64,000 bases of DNA from a virus, in IMG/VR virus record IMGVR_UViG_3300017991_000060, positions 32,001 to 96,000 of that record. One strand, 5' to 3'. The position numbers and the translations under genes were made by a program. The notes beneath the pieces are model-generated. The model did not search any database and was not told where the DNA came from. It was given only the letters and a program-made list of their open reading frames with translations. This document shows, piece after piece, positions 44,276-52,607 of this stretch; positions within the stretch are counted from its first letter, which is position 1; each line of letters opens with the position of its first letter.

Positions 44276-45736
44276 CTAGAGGCCCGTCACCTGGAAGGTG
44301 GCGATGTGGTCGCTGTCCACGATCTTGATGGCGTACTCCGTGAGGAGCGCGAAGTCCTTGCGGAAGGCGCGCGTGTGGATCGGAGCCTTGTAGAGATCGA
44401 TGTAGTTCCCCATGACGGCCGCGGTGGAGACGAACTCCGCGCCGCGGTGCGTGAGGAGGCCCTGGTCGCGGGCGAACGTCGGGTCCGCGAACACGTCGAT
44501 CCCTTGCTTCGTCAGGCGGCCGACGTACCGCGGCCCGGCCACGCCGTCGTTCGCGTACTTCTGGCCCTCGAACCCGTCCTGGTAGGCCACCGCGAAGAGG
44601 ATGCTCGGGTGGATCACCATGACGTTCGGGTGGACCGTCTGGGTGGCTTCCCACACGAGGTCCTGGAGCCGCTGGATGAAGATCGCCAGCGTCTTCAGGT
44701 GGTCGCGGTAGGAGACGCCGACCGGGGCCGTGTTGTCCCAGACCAGCGCGCCGCCCGTGGCGTTGTTGTAGAGGGTGTTCACGACGTGCTTGAACTTCTC
44801 CTGGTTGATGAGCCGCGCGCCCGCCTCGATGATGGTGGGCTCCGCGTCGATCCCGAAGTCGTTCATGAAGTCGATGACGGCCTGGTGCGACCAGGAGGCA
44901 CCGAGCGCCCGCGGGAGCGCCTCAACGGTTTCCGCCCGGAGGAGGATGCCGTACTCGGGGAGCTGGAGGGCCGCCTCGATGTTGTACTGGTAGTCGCACG
45001 CCACCGCGCCCGAAGTCGCCGCCGCGAAGCGGACGCTCACCGCGCGGGTGAGGTAGTCGATGGAGTTCGTGAACCCGCCGCCGGGCGCGCCCACGTTGCC
45101 GATAAGGTTCCCGTTCCGGTCGTCGCGGATGACCTGGGTGCCGTCCGTCATGACGAAGGTGCCGGGGATGATCGGCCCGTACCCGACGTTGACGTTGTAG
45201 GTCGCGGAACCAGCCACGCCGACAACCTCGCCGGGGATGTTGTTGCTGCTGAAGTCCTGGGTGCCGCGGAACCCGGCCAGGGCATCGAACATCTTCGCGC
45301 GGTCGGGGATGTTGCCCTTCCCGCGCTCCGTCACGATGTCCAAGTAGTGGATACGGGCGCTCTTGCTGGGGAGCGGCTGCACCGAGATCACCCGGTCGAT
45401 GATGTCGTCCGCCTGGGCGCTCGCGATGAGGGCGAGTCCGTTCTTGATCCAGGCCGGGATCGACGCCCGCGAAGTCTCCTCCAGCCTACCGGCGGAGAAG
45501 TCACCGAGGGTCTGCTTCAGGAAGTTCTCCATCAGCATCGCCGTGCGGACGGCCTTCATGGGGTCGATGTGCCCGGTGTGGTCCTCCAGGATCTCCATCG
45601 GGTTCATCGTCTTGGAAATGTTGTAGTCCGGGAGGCTGAACCTCCGGTACTTCTCGACCAGCGCCCGCTTGGACTGCACGAGACGTTCCTCGATGCTGCG
45701 GGCGCGCTGAATCTGCTTCCTGGTGGCGAGAGGCAT
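44276..45736 (-). CDS. Major capsid protein (T4 gp23-like, HK97 fold)
   Basis: ISVQPLPSKSARIHYL, ETVEALPRALGASWS...DFGIDAE, YVGRL...DVFADP, AAVMGNYIDL. A putative maturation site RLEE near residue 85. Confidence 0.93.
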   Translation of the reverse strand: MPLATRKQIQRARSIEERLVQSKRALVEKYRRFSLPDYNISKTMNPMEILEDHTGHIDPMKAVRTAMLMENFLKQTLGDFSAGRLEETSRASIPAWIKNGLALIASAQADDIIDRVISVQPLPSKSARIHYLDIVTERGKGNIPDRAKMFDALAGFRGTQDFSSNNIPGEVVGVAGSATYNVNVGYGPIIPGTFVMTDGTQVIRDDRNGNLIGNVGAPGGGFTNSIDYLTRAVSVRFAAATSGAVACDYQYNIEAALQLPEYGILLRAETVEALPRALGASWSHQAVIDFMNDFGIDAEPTIIEAGARLINQEKFKHVVNTLYNNATGGALVWDNTAPVGVSYRDHLKTLAIFIQRLQDLVWEATQTVHPNVMVIHPSILFAVAYQDGFEGQKYANDGVAGPRYVGRLTKQGIDVFADPTFARDQGLLTHRGAEFVSTAAVMGNYIDLYKAPIHTRAFRKDFALLTEYAIKIVDSDHIATFQVTGL

Positions 45737-45769
45737 ATCCTCTTTCCTCCTTCTTTCTACGAAGCCCTA

Positions 45770-47344
45770 CTACTCGCCAAGCGACGACGCCCGCGCCTGG
45801 CTCGCCTCGCGCTGACGCATACGATGCGCCTTCGCGCGGCTGAACGTGTCGGCTTCAGCCGACTCGCTCAGGGTGTCCAGGGGCGCGCCGTCCGATTCCG
45901 TCAGCGGGCCGGTGGGCGCTCCGGGAGTGGCCGTGCTGGTCACACTGGCCTTCCTGGTCGCCGCCGTCCCGAGCGGAGCCGAACCGCTCGCCTCATGGAT
46001 CGCGTGCACGAGAGCGTTGGCCTCCGCCTCCAACACCTCGACATCCTTGCACTCCGCGAGGCGGCCTTCCAGCCTACGGAGCTCGGGGTGATCCCGCATG
46101 AGCTCCTCCATCTTGTGCTGGACCGCCATCTCGGAAACCAGTCCGCGGAGGGTGGCGTTCTCCCGCTCCAGGCTCCCGATCTCGTCCTGGAAGTAGGATT
46201 CCGCCGCCTCACGCTTCCGGCGTTGCCGTGCGATCTTCCCGATGTTCCGCGGTTTGGAAAGCCGCTTTCCGGTCTTGCCGCCCTTGCCCTTCGACGCCTT
46301 GCGAAGCGCGGCGCGCTTCTTCTTCTTGCCCTTCGCAGCGATGCGCTGGCCGTCGTCACGGGCTGGGCCGATCTTCAGCCCGTACTTCCGGGCGTACTCG
46401 GCGCGGTGCTTCGCCGCCCAGGGCATGTCGAACTCCTCGGAGTCGGGGTCGAACATCTTGGCGAACATGGACCGCATGGAGCCAGCGCCCTTCGGACCCT
46501 TCTTCTCGTCGAGGTCGTACTCGTCGTAGTCCTCGGTGAGCAGGTTCCGCGGCCCGTAGGTGACGGACTCGGCGGCGGCCTTCCGCTTGGACTTCTTCGG
46601 CTTGGTCTTGGTCATACCAAGCATCTTGGCGATGTCGCGGCGCTTGCCGGTGCGCTTCCCGGTCTTGCCGCCCTTGCCCTTCGACTGCTGGCGCTTCTTG
46701 CGCCGGAGCTCCAGGGCCTTCTTCCCGGCGGCCGGGACGCGAAGGCCGTCGCGGGCCATCTTCACCTGGAGGCCGTACCGCCGGGCGTACTCGGCGCGGT
46801 GCTCCGCCGCCCAGGGCATGTCGAACTCCTCACTCTCGGGGTCCCACATCTTGGCGAACATGGACCGCATGGAGCCAGCGCCCTTCGGACCCTTCTTCTC
46901 GGTGATGTAGCCGCCCGTCTCGAACACGTCCGCGAAGGCGGCCTCAGCCAGCTCCTCGGGGGCGGCGAGGGCGTACATCGCCTGGTTGAGCTGGGCGCGT
47001 ACGTAGGGGTCATCCCGCGGGTCCTCGTACTCGGACTCGTACCCTTCGGTGAAATCCTCGATGTCGAGGTCCTCGTCCTCGTCGTACTCCGCGAGGAACC
47101 CGGCACGCCGAACGAGGTCGCCCTCATCGTCGTACTCTTGCATCTCGATCAGGCGGTCCTGGCCGTTGAAGATGAAGTGGACCCAGCCGCCCGTGCTCCT
47201 ATTGTCGGCCCGGAACGCGTAGGCCGGTTGCAGCACACTCATTTCAAAAACCTCCTCTTCCTCCTCGTCGTCGTCCCACTCAGGGCCGCCGGGAGGGGCG
47301 TAGGCCCTTTCGGTACCGTACCAGGGATCGGCTGGGAAGCCCAT
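45770..47344 (-). CDS. Prohead scaffold / core protein with duplicated basic cassette
   Basis: Between protease and capsid. Acidic N-half, coiled-coil C-terminus (LERENATLRGLVSE), two copies of a K/R-rich module. Confidence 0.78.
   Translation of the reverse strand: MGFPADPWYGTERAYAPPGGPEWDDDEEEEEVFEMSVLQPAYAFRADNRSTGGWVHFIFNGQDRLIEMQEYDDEGDLVRRAGFLAEYDEDEDLDIEDFTEGYESEYEDPRDDPYVRAQLNQAMYALAAPEELAEAAFADVFETGGYITEKKGPKGAGSMRSMFAKMWDPESEEFDMPWAAEHRAEYARRYGLQVKMARDGLRVPAAGKKALELRRKKRQQSKGKGGKTGKRTGKRRDIAKMLGMTKTKPKKSKRKAAAESVTYGPRNLLTEDYDEYDLDEKKGPKGAGSMRSMFAKMFDPDSEEFDMPWAAKHRAEYARKYGLKIGPARDDGQRIAAKGKKKKRAALRKASKGKGGKTGKRLSKPRNIGKIARQRRKREAAESYFQDEIGSLERENATLRGLVSEMAVQHKMEELMRDHPELRRLEGRLAECKDVEVLEAEANALVHAIHEASGSAPLGTAATRKASVTSTATPGAPTGPLTESDGAPLDTLSESAEADTFSRAKAHRMRQREASQARASSLGE
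46381..46901. repeat. ~128-nt near-identical direct repeat (46381-46508 and 46774-46901)
   Basis: Both copies encode KKGPKGAGSMRSMFAKMxDPxSEEFDMPWAAxHRAEYARxYGL (39 of 43 residues identical by my count). Confidence 0.92.
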
Positions 47345-47355
47345 GCCCGTTCACC

Positions 47356-49635
47356 TCACCGAATGCGACGACCGGCCGCTTCGGCATTCTGCACCCAGTC
47401 GCCCATCGTCGTGTACTCCATCTCGCCGGACTCCACATCGAGCACGATGGTGGCGCTGTACGTGTCGCCGGTGTTGATGTACTCCGCGATGATGTCGCCA
47501 TGGTAGTTGTCCCACGGGTCGTCGTCATCCTCGGAGGCGCGGATCACCTCGACACCGAAGCCGCCCACCAAGTCGTTGATGCGCCACAAGATGTTGGACG
47601 CCTGCCGCGAGCTACCACCGCGGCGCATCAGGCTGATGACCTTGCGCGCGGTGCCCTCGTCCTCGACGAAGCCGTCCCGGATCATCTCGGACGGGCTGGG
47701 AGGGCGGGTGGCCTCTGCCAAGTCGTACTCCATCTCGTAGAAGTCGGAGTCCATGTCGAGGTCGTACTCGGAGACGCGCCCGATGGGGCCGCGGCCCCGG
47801 CCGACGCCCATCCCACGCCCGCGCCCACCGGACCTGATTCGGCGGCCTGGCGTCGGGCAGGACTCTTCCTCGTCGTCCTCGTCGTCGGCCTCTTCATCAT
47901 CAACCTCGGCGTAGTAGGACTCCTCCTCCGGCTCGTCGTCTTCTTCGTCGTCTTCTTCGTCGTCTTCTTCGTCGTCGTCTTCCTCGTCCTCCTCGTCCAT
48001 CATGTCATCGTAGTCGAAGAGGAGTTCAGGGTCGCCGTACTCGTCGAGCTCCACATCGTCCGGGTCGAGGTCGAGGTCGATGTCCTCCGGGTCGTTGAGT
48101 GCGGGCTCGTCCATCGGGGTCCCGCTCATCTCCGCGAGGGACACCTGGCCGACGGTCATCTGGTACACGGGAATACCAAGGTCAGCGTTGTAGTTCTCGT
48201 CGTCGATCTCTTCGACGCCTTCTCTCACGCGAAGCCTGGCCATCTCGCTCTCCTCCATGATCTCGACGCCAGCGGCATCGAGGACGCGCCGGATGTGATC
48301 CACGGCCTGCTTGGTGTCGCTGTAGCCGGTGTGCACCGTGACCACGCCATTCGCGTTGTCCACCCCAAGGAACCCGGCCTTGGACAGCGCGCTCGCCGCC
48401 TGGTCGGCCTCCTTGGAATTGTTGAAGTCGTCCAGGCGCACGGTAGTGCCGTCGATAATTCCGGTGTCGCGGATCATGTAAGACTCCGCTTTGCCGCCCT
48501 TCTTCTTCGGCGGCGGCACCTTCATCCTTTTCCTACGGGCCGCGGAGATGGCCGCGGCGACCGCACGCTTCTGGGGGTACTTCTTGCCCTTCTGGGGTCC
48601 TTTGGACGGGCCGCGCTTCACCAGCTTGCCGACTTCCTTGCTGATGAACTCGCGGGCCTTCGGGGAGTAGGCGCGCTTCTTCTTCGCCTTCTTCTCGACG
48701 ATGCCCATCTCCGAAAGGACCGCCTCACCCACCACACGGGCGAGGTGCGTCTCCGCGGCGTCCTTGCACGCCTGGCGCGTCCTAAGCCCACTAGCGATGA
48801 GGGTCGGCCGGAGGTTGTGGATGTGGAGGTACACGTCCCAGGTCCCATCGTTGTCGTAGGCGCGATAGTGCCCGGCTTCGTCCGGGGTCGAGAGGATAAA
48901 CTCGTTGTACCCCGTCGGCACGACGCCGCCACCAGCCATCTCGCCAGCTTCGGAGATGTCCCGCTTCAGGGCTTCCTCCGTCTCCTGGAGGGCCATGACG
49001 TGGGCCTTCGCCTCGTCTCCGCCGCACGACTCCAAAAGCGCCTGGCGGGACTCCGCGATCCTACGTGCGGCCACCTCGGAACCTGGGGTGCTCTCGTCGA
49101 GCACGCAGTCCCAGGTGACGGGCTCGAAATCCTCCTGGACGACATCGACCCCCTCCACCGTGATGGTGGAGCCGTTGCCCCTAGAGGAAAGCCCAAAGCC
49201 CGCGCGGTCCTCGATGTAGTTGCTGACGATCTTCCCGTCCGGGGTGCTCATCGTCTCGAACACGATGTACACCTCGCCGTCCTTATCCGGCGGGCGGACC
49301 TCGGTGATGATAACCGCGCCCTTATCCATCGAGGAACGGCCAGTGCTCGGGTGCTCCAACTGACCGATGACCCTACGCCGCTTCACCTTCTCCATGAAAG
49401 AGCTGCGCGGGTGGGCGTGGCGGCCCCAGGTCGTCTCGGCCGGGTACCGCCGGTTGTTCTTGTTCTTCCCCAAGCCGCGCCCCGTGGACTCCACGAAGCA
49501 ATGCTGGGCCTTCACCGGACCCACACGATACCGGCCGCGGGGGAGCTTCTTGATGATGTCGCTCGACTCGTCGAGCCGGGTCAGGTCGATCCAGAACGTC
49601 TCTTTGAGGGCGCGGCGCTGCGCTGTGATCGTCAT
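47356..49635 (-). CDS. Prohead maturation protease (T4 gp21-like) with long C-terminal extension (759 aa)
   Basis: NKNNRRYP, GQLEHP (catalytic His), STPDGKIV, FGLSSRGNG (catalytic Ser), DFEPVTWDCVLDESTPGS, followed by ~500 aa of acidic and basic cassettes. Confidence 0.88.
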   Translation of the reverse strand: MTITAQRRALKETFWIDLTRLDESSDIIKKLPRGRYRVGPVKAQHCFVESTGRGLGKNKNNRRYPAETTWGRHAHPRSSFMEKVKRRRVIGQLEHPSTGRSSMDKGAVIITEVRPPDKDGEVYIVFETMSTPDGKIVSNYIEDRAGFGLSSRGNGSTITVEGVDVVQEDFEPVTWDCVLDESTPGSEVAARRIAESRQALLESCGGDEAKAHVMALQETEEALKRDISEAGEMAGGGVVPTGYNEFILSTPDEAGHYRAYDNDGTWDVYLHIHNLRPTLIASGLRTRQACKDAAETHLARVVGEAVLSEMGIVEKKAKKKRAYSPKAREFISKEVGKLVKRGPSKGPQKGKKYPQKRAVAAAISAARRKRMKVPPPKKKGGKAESYMIRDTGIIDGTTVRLDDFNNSKEADQAASALSKAGFLGVDNANGVVTVHTGYSDTKQAVDHIRRVLDAAGVEIMEESEMARLRVREGVEEIDDENYNADLGIPVYQMTVGQVSLAEMSGTPMDEPALNDPEDIDLDLDPDDVELDEYGDPELLFDYDDMMDEEDEEDDDEEDDEEDDEEDDEPEEESYYAEVDDEEADDEDDEEESCPTPGRRIRSGGRGRGMGVGRGRGPIGRVSEYDLDMDSDFYEMEYDLAEATRPPSPSEMIRDGFVEDEGTARKVISLMRRGGSSRQASNILWRINDLVGGFGVEVIRASEDDDDPWDNYHGDIIAEYINTGDTYSATIVLDVESGEMEYTTMGDWVQNAEAAGRRIR

Positions 49636-50072
49636 CGGAGCCTGCCCCTACCTTCCAAGTACTGCCTGAACGGAGACGACGGAATCGGCCGCTTCCGTCG
49701 CATGAACGAGAAACGCGGCACCCCAGCCGACGCCTCCTGGAGCTGACGTTGACGCCTCCCCTTCGCCACGAACCGCTGTAGTGGGGTCGGCTCGTCGATG
49801 TCCGGTATCTCCTCGATGTCGCCGGTCCTGGTGTCGAACCGGATGTGCTGCGCCGCGCTGAGGGACTCCTTCAAGTCGCGCTCCCTCGGAAGGTGGATGA
49901 ACCACGCGAGGTGCTCCTGAAGGTCCATCCGGATGAGGTAGGTTTCGGACGCCGTGAAGTCGTCGTTCGGCACCTGGAGCACCACGCGGGGGTCCGTCGG
50001 GTGATCGCGATGGAACAGGACCACCTTCGGGAGATCACCCACCTTCGGCAACGGGAGCCGCTTCGCCATCAC
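49632..50072 (-). CDS. Hypothetical protein
   Basis: Coupled to both neighbours, typical codon bias. Confidence 0.7.
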   Translation of the reverse strand: MMAKRLPLPKVGDLPKVVLFHRDHPTDPRVVLQVPNDDFTASETYLIRMDLQEHLAWFIHLPRERDLKESLSAAQHIRFDTRTGDIEEIPDIDEPTPLQRFVAKGRRQRQLQEASAGVPRFSFMRRKRPIPSSPFRQYLEGRGRLR

Positions 50073-51146
50073 CTACCTCAGCAGAGAGTCCCATTCGAGG
50101 AACACGTCAAGCGGACGGTACGAACATCCGTGCTCGTAGTTCACGGTGACGTTGCCAGCCACAGCGGCGGCGTTCAGATCGACGTGCCACGCCCCGGTCT
50201 GGTAGTCCACCTGGCCGTCGCCTCCCGCGCCGACCAGACGGCCCGCACCGTCGTCGCGAAGCACACCGGCCCCGCCGGTGAGCGTGACGACGATGGAGCC
50301 CGGAACCAGGTTCTCGTGCCCGTTCGGCCAGAGGGGAGGCGCGGCGGCGTTCGACTCCACCACCGTCTCACCACCTACGGCCGTGAATAGGGTCGCGCCA
50401 GCCACGGCCATGCCAGCCCACCGCATCCGGAGCAGTTCGCGGTTGGCCTCGGCCACCCCACCCGGCATCGGGAGGAGGTGCGTCGCCCGGCCCTTCTGCG
50501 CCAGCGAACCGGCCTGGGCCGGGGCGAACGCGGCGTACGTCGGGACGTGCTGCGTCTCCTCGATGCTGTCTCCGCCGACCACGTTCAGGACCCGCGTGCG
50601 CGAACGGAACTGCACCCCGCCAACCGTGAAGGCCGCCGGGAGCGGTGCGCGCTCGAACAGATAGGGTTGGACGTTCACGCCGCCGTTCAGCGTCTCGCCG
50701 CCGGACAGAGGACCCTCAGCTACGAAGGCTTCCGAGGGTACCAGCGTGATGACGGCCGCCGTCACATCCGCGATGGTGTACACGCCAGCGTTGAGGGGGC
50801 TGGTCACGACGAGCCGCATACCGGGGGCGTAGCCGTCCGCGATGAACGAACCGGCGCTCCTGGTGACGGTGCTCGGCGGACCGGCCGCCCAGGTCAGCGT
50901 CGGAGGCCCGGCCGCCACCACTTCGGTAGGGCTGGGAAGTCCATCGCTGGCCTCGTTGAGTTCGGTGGGCCGGTCCACACGGGCATGGACCTGAGCCCCG
51001 ACCGGGATATCCTCGAACACGAGAACGCCCGGCTTACGGCGAATGACGGGCCGCTCGCCGTTCGGAAGCACCGTCGCCAAGGCGAAGGTCCCGTCCTCCC
51101 CGCCGAGGCGGAGGCGCGCGTGCCTTTCGACTCTGATGACGCTCAT
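50073..51146 (-). CDS. Virion structural protein (one IDYxTG module)
   Basis: ENLVPGSIVVTL..VLRDDGAGRLVGAGGDGQVDYQTGAWHV. Confidence 0.65.
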   Translation of the reverse strand: MSVIRVERHARLRLGGEDGTFALATVLPNGERPVIRRKPGVLVFEDIPVGAQVHARVDRPTELNEASDGLPSPTEVVAAGPPTLTWAAGPPSTVTRSAGSFIADGYAPGMRLVVTSPLNAGVYTIADVTAAVITLVPSEAFVAEGPLSGGETLNGGVNVQPYLFERAPLPAAFTVGGVQFRSRTRVLNVVGGDSIEETQHVPTYAAFAPAQAGSLAQKGRATHLLPMPGGVAEANRELLRMRWAGMAVAGATLFTAVGGETVVESNAAAPPLWPNGHENLVPGSIVVTLTGGAGVLRDDGAGRLVGAGGDGQVDYQTGAWHVDLNAAAVAGNVTVNYEHGCSYRPLDVFLEWDSLLR

Positions 51147-51177
51147 CAGGTGCCTCCTTCAGTGAGGGCCTCAGCTC

Positions 51178-52212
51178 CTACAGCCGGGGGTCGTTCGTGT
51201 ACCCACCGGCGGGGAAGCCGCTGTACACCTCGTCCACCCGGAAGGGGTCCTCGCCGTGGTAGAACCACTTGCAGACGAGCGCGGTCTGGGTGGCGCTCCG
51301 AGCCTCGCCCACGAGGGCCATCCGCGTGTCGGCCACGAAGCCCGCGCCGAGGGCCGCGTTGAAGAGCTCGGGGAGCGCGCCCATCGGGTCCATGAGCTTG
51401 CACCCGCCGCCCTTCGACACGAGCGAGGCGAAGGGGTTGAAGGTGTAGGCCGCGACGAAGTTGCCCGCGAGGGGGCCACCCGAGGAACCCGTCACCGTGA
51501 CGATGCCGGTGGCGTAGTCGATGGAGCCCTGGACGGCTTCGTTGCCGGCCGTCGTCTCCACGATGTTCCCCTTGCCATCATCTGCGAAGGTGAGCGCGCC
51601 CGCGTTCGTGTTGAACGTGAGGGAGCCGGGGTTCACCCGCCCGAACCCGAGCTGGAACGTCTCGGGGAAGGCACCGGCGCACGCGATAGTCGTGGCCTGG
51701 GCCGGGCTCACGAAGTCGGTGAAGTCGGTGAAGTCGTAGGTCATCATCACGGGCTCGGTCGCCGCGCCGCCCCAAGTGAAGTCCACGAGGCCGTTCACGT
51801 AGTCGATGGAGCCGCGGACGTTCGCGGGGATGCCGTCGTCGTGGAGCACGCCGTTGCCATCATCCACGATGTCGGCCAACGCGCCGCCCTCGACGATGCG
51901 GACGGTGCCCGCCACCACGGACCGCCACTGAAGCTTCCCGACGTAGCGGTTGCCGCCGACCGCGAAGGCCGTCAGCCACTCGTTCGTGCGGGTCTTCTGC
52001 GACTCGCCGTGACGAAGACGGAGGAGAGCGCATTCCTCGCCCACGTTGTGCGCGTGCACCGCGCTGACGTAGGAACGAACTCCGTTGGTGGGAACTGCCG
52101 GGGCGGCCTGAAGCACCTGCATGTTGCCCTGGGGCGGCACGCCCGTACGGTGCTCATCGTACCGATCCCGGTGCTCGACGTACTGAATGCCGTTGAACAC
52201 GTAGTTCGACAT
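51178..52212 (-). CDS. Virion structural / head decoration-like protein (two IDYxTG modules)
   Basis: DDGNGVL..RGSIDYVNG and DDGKGNI..QGSIDYATG. Very strong GC3 bias like the capsid gene. Confidence 0.68.
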   Translation of the reverse strand: MSNYVFNGIQYVEHRDRYDEHRTGVPPQGNMQVLQAAPAVPTNGVRSYVSAVHAHNVGEECALLRLRHGESQKTRTNEWLTAFAVGGNRYVGKLQWRSVVAGTVRIVEGGALADIVDDGNGVLHDDGIPANVRGSIDYVNGLVDFTWGGAATEPVMMTYDFTDFTDFVSPAQATTIACAGAFPETFQLGFGRVNPGSLTFNTNAGALTFADDGKGNIVETTAGNEAVQGSIDYATGIVTVTGSSGGPLAGNFVAAYTFNPFASLVSKGGGCKLMDPMGALPELFNAALGAGFVADTRMALVGEARSATQTALVCKWFYHGEDPFRVDEVYSGFPAGGYTNDPRL

Positions 52213-52225
52213 GGATCATTTCCTC

Positions 52226-52558
52226 CTACGCAAGCCCCAGGTCGCCTGGGGCACCGTTGATCTGCCGTGTCACCGAAACCGACACGTTGACGTTCCCGCC
52301 AGCGTGCAGAGCGATGAGCCGCCGGGTCGTAACCACGATCTGCCCGTTGCTCTGACCCGGATTCACCGTCGCCGTCGTACCGGCGATGTCCGACCAGTTC
52401 ACGCCATCGTCGGATTCCTGATAGACGATGGCCGCGGAGGCCACGCCGTCCAGGTTCTCCACCGTGACGTAGGGAGGGAGGTCGCCGTTGTTCTGGAACT
52501 CCACGACACGCGCCGCGATGGCAGGTGCGAGGTAAACAGCTCGTTTCGTGCTCTCCAC
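52226..52558 (-). CDS. Small beta-rich structural protein
   Basis: GTG behind AAGGAG, 110 aa, first gene after a candidate late promoter. Confidence 0.6.
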   Translation of the reverse strand: MESTKRAVYLAPAIAARVVEFQNNGDLPPYVTVENLDGVASAAIVYQESDDGVNWSDIAGTTATVNPGQSNGQIVVTTRRLIALHAGGNVNVSVSVTRQINGAPGDLGLA

Positions 52559-52577
52559 GACTCACTCCTTCCCCAAA

Positions 52578-52607
52578 ACCCTACCAGAATCTATCAAACG
52601 GTTCCAG
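52578..52607 (-). promoter_or_regulatory. Candidate late promoter, copy 3 (CTGGAAC-N14-TGgTAGGGT)
   Basis: Spans the stop of the 943-aa gene and the gap before the head operon. The RBS lies downstream of the -10 element. Confidence 0.6.

Noticed and set aside
44249-47506. Very long plus-strand ORFs (also 52525-56013, 31000-33726, 33826-36303, 47500-49746, 61448-63520, 6685-8391)
   Set aside because: They are antisense shadows of strongly GC3-biased minus-strand genes. Their translations are R/G/V/L/H-rich with no motifs and no RBS, and they mirror recognisable genes.
47870-48080. Tandem tcttcttcgtcg microsatellite
   Set aside because: It simply encodes the EEDD acidic tract of the protease extension.
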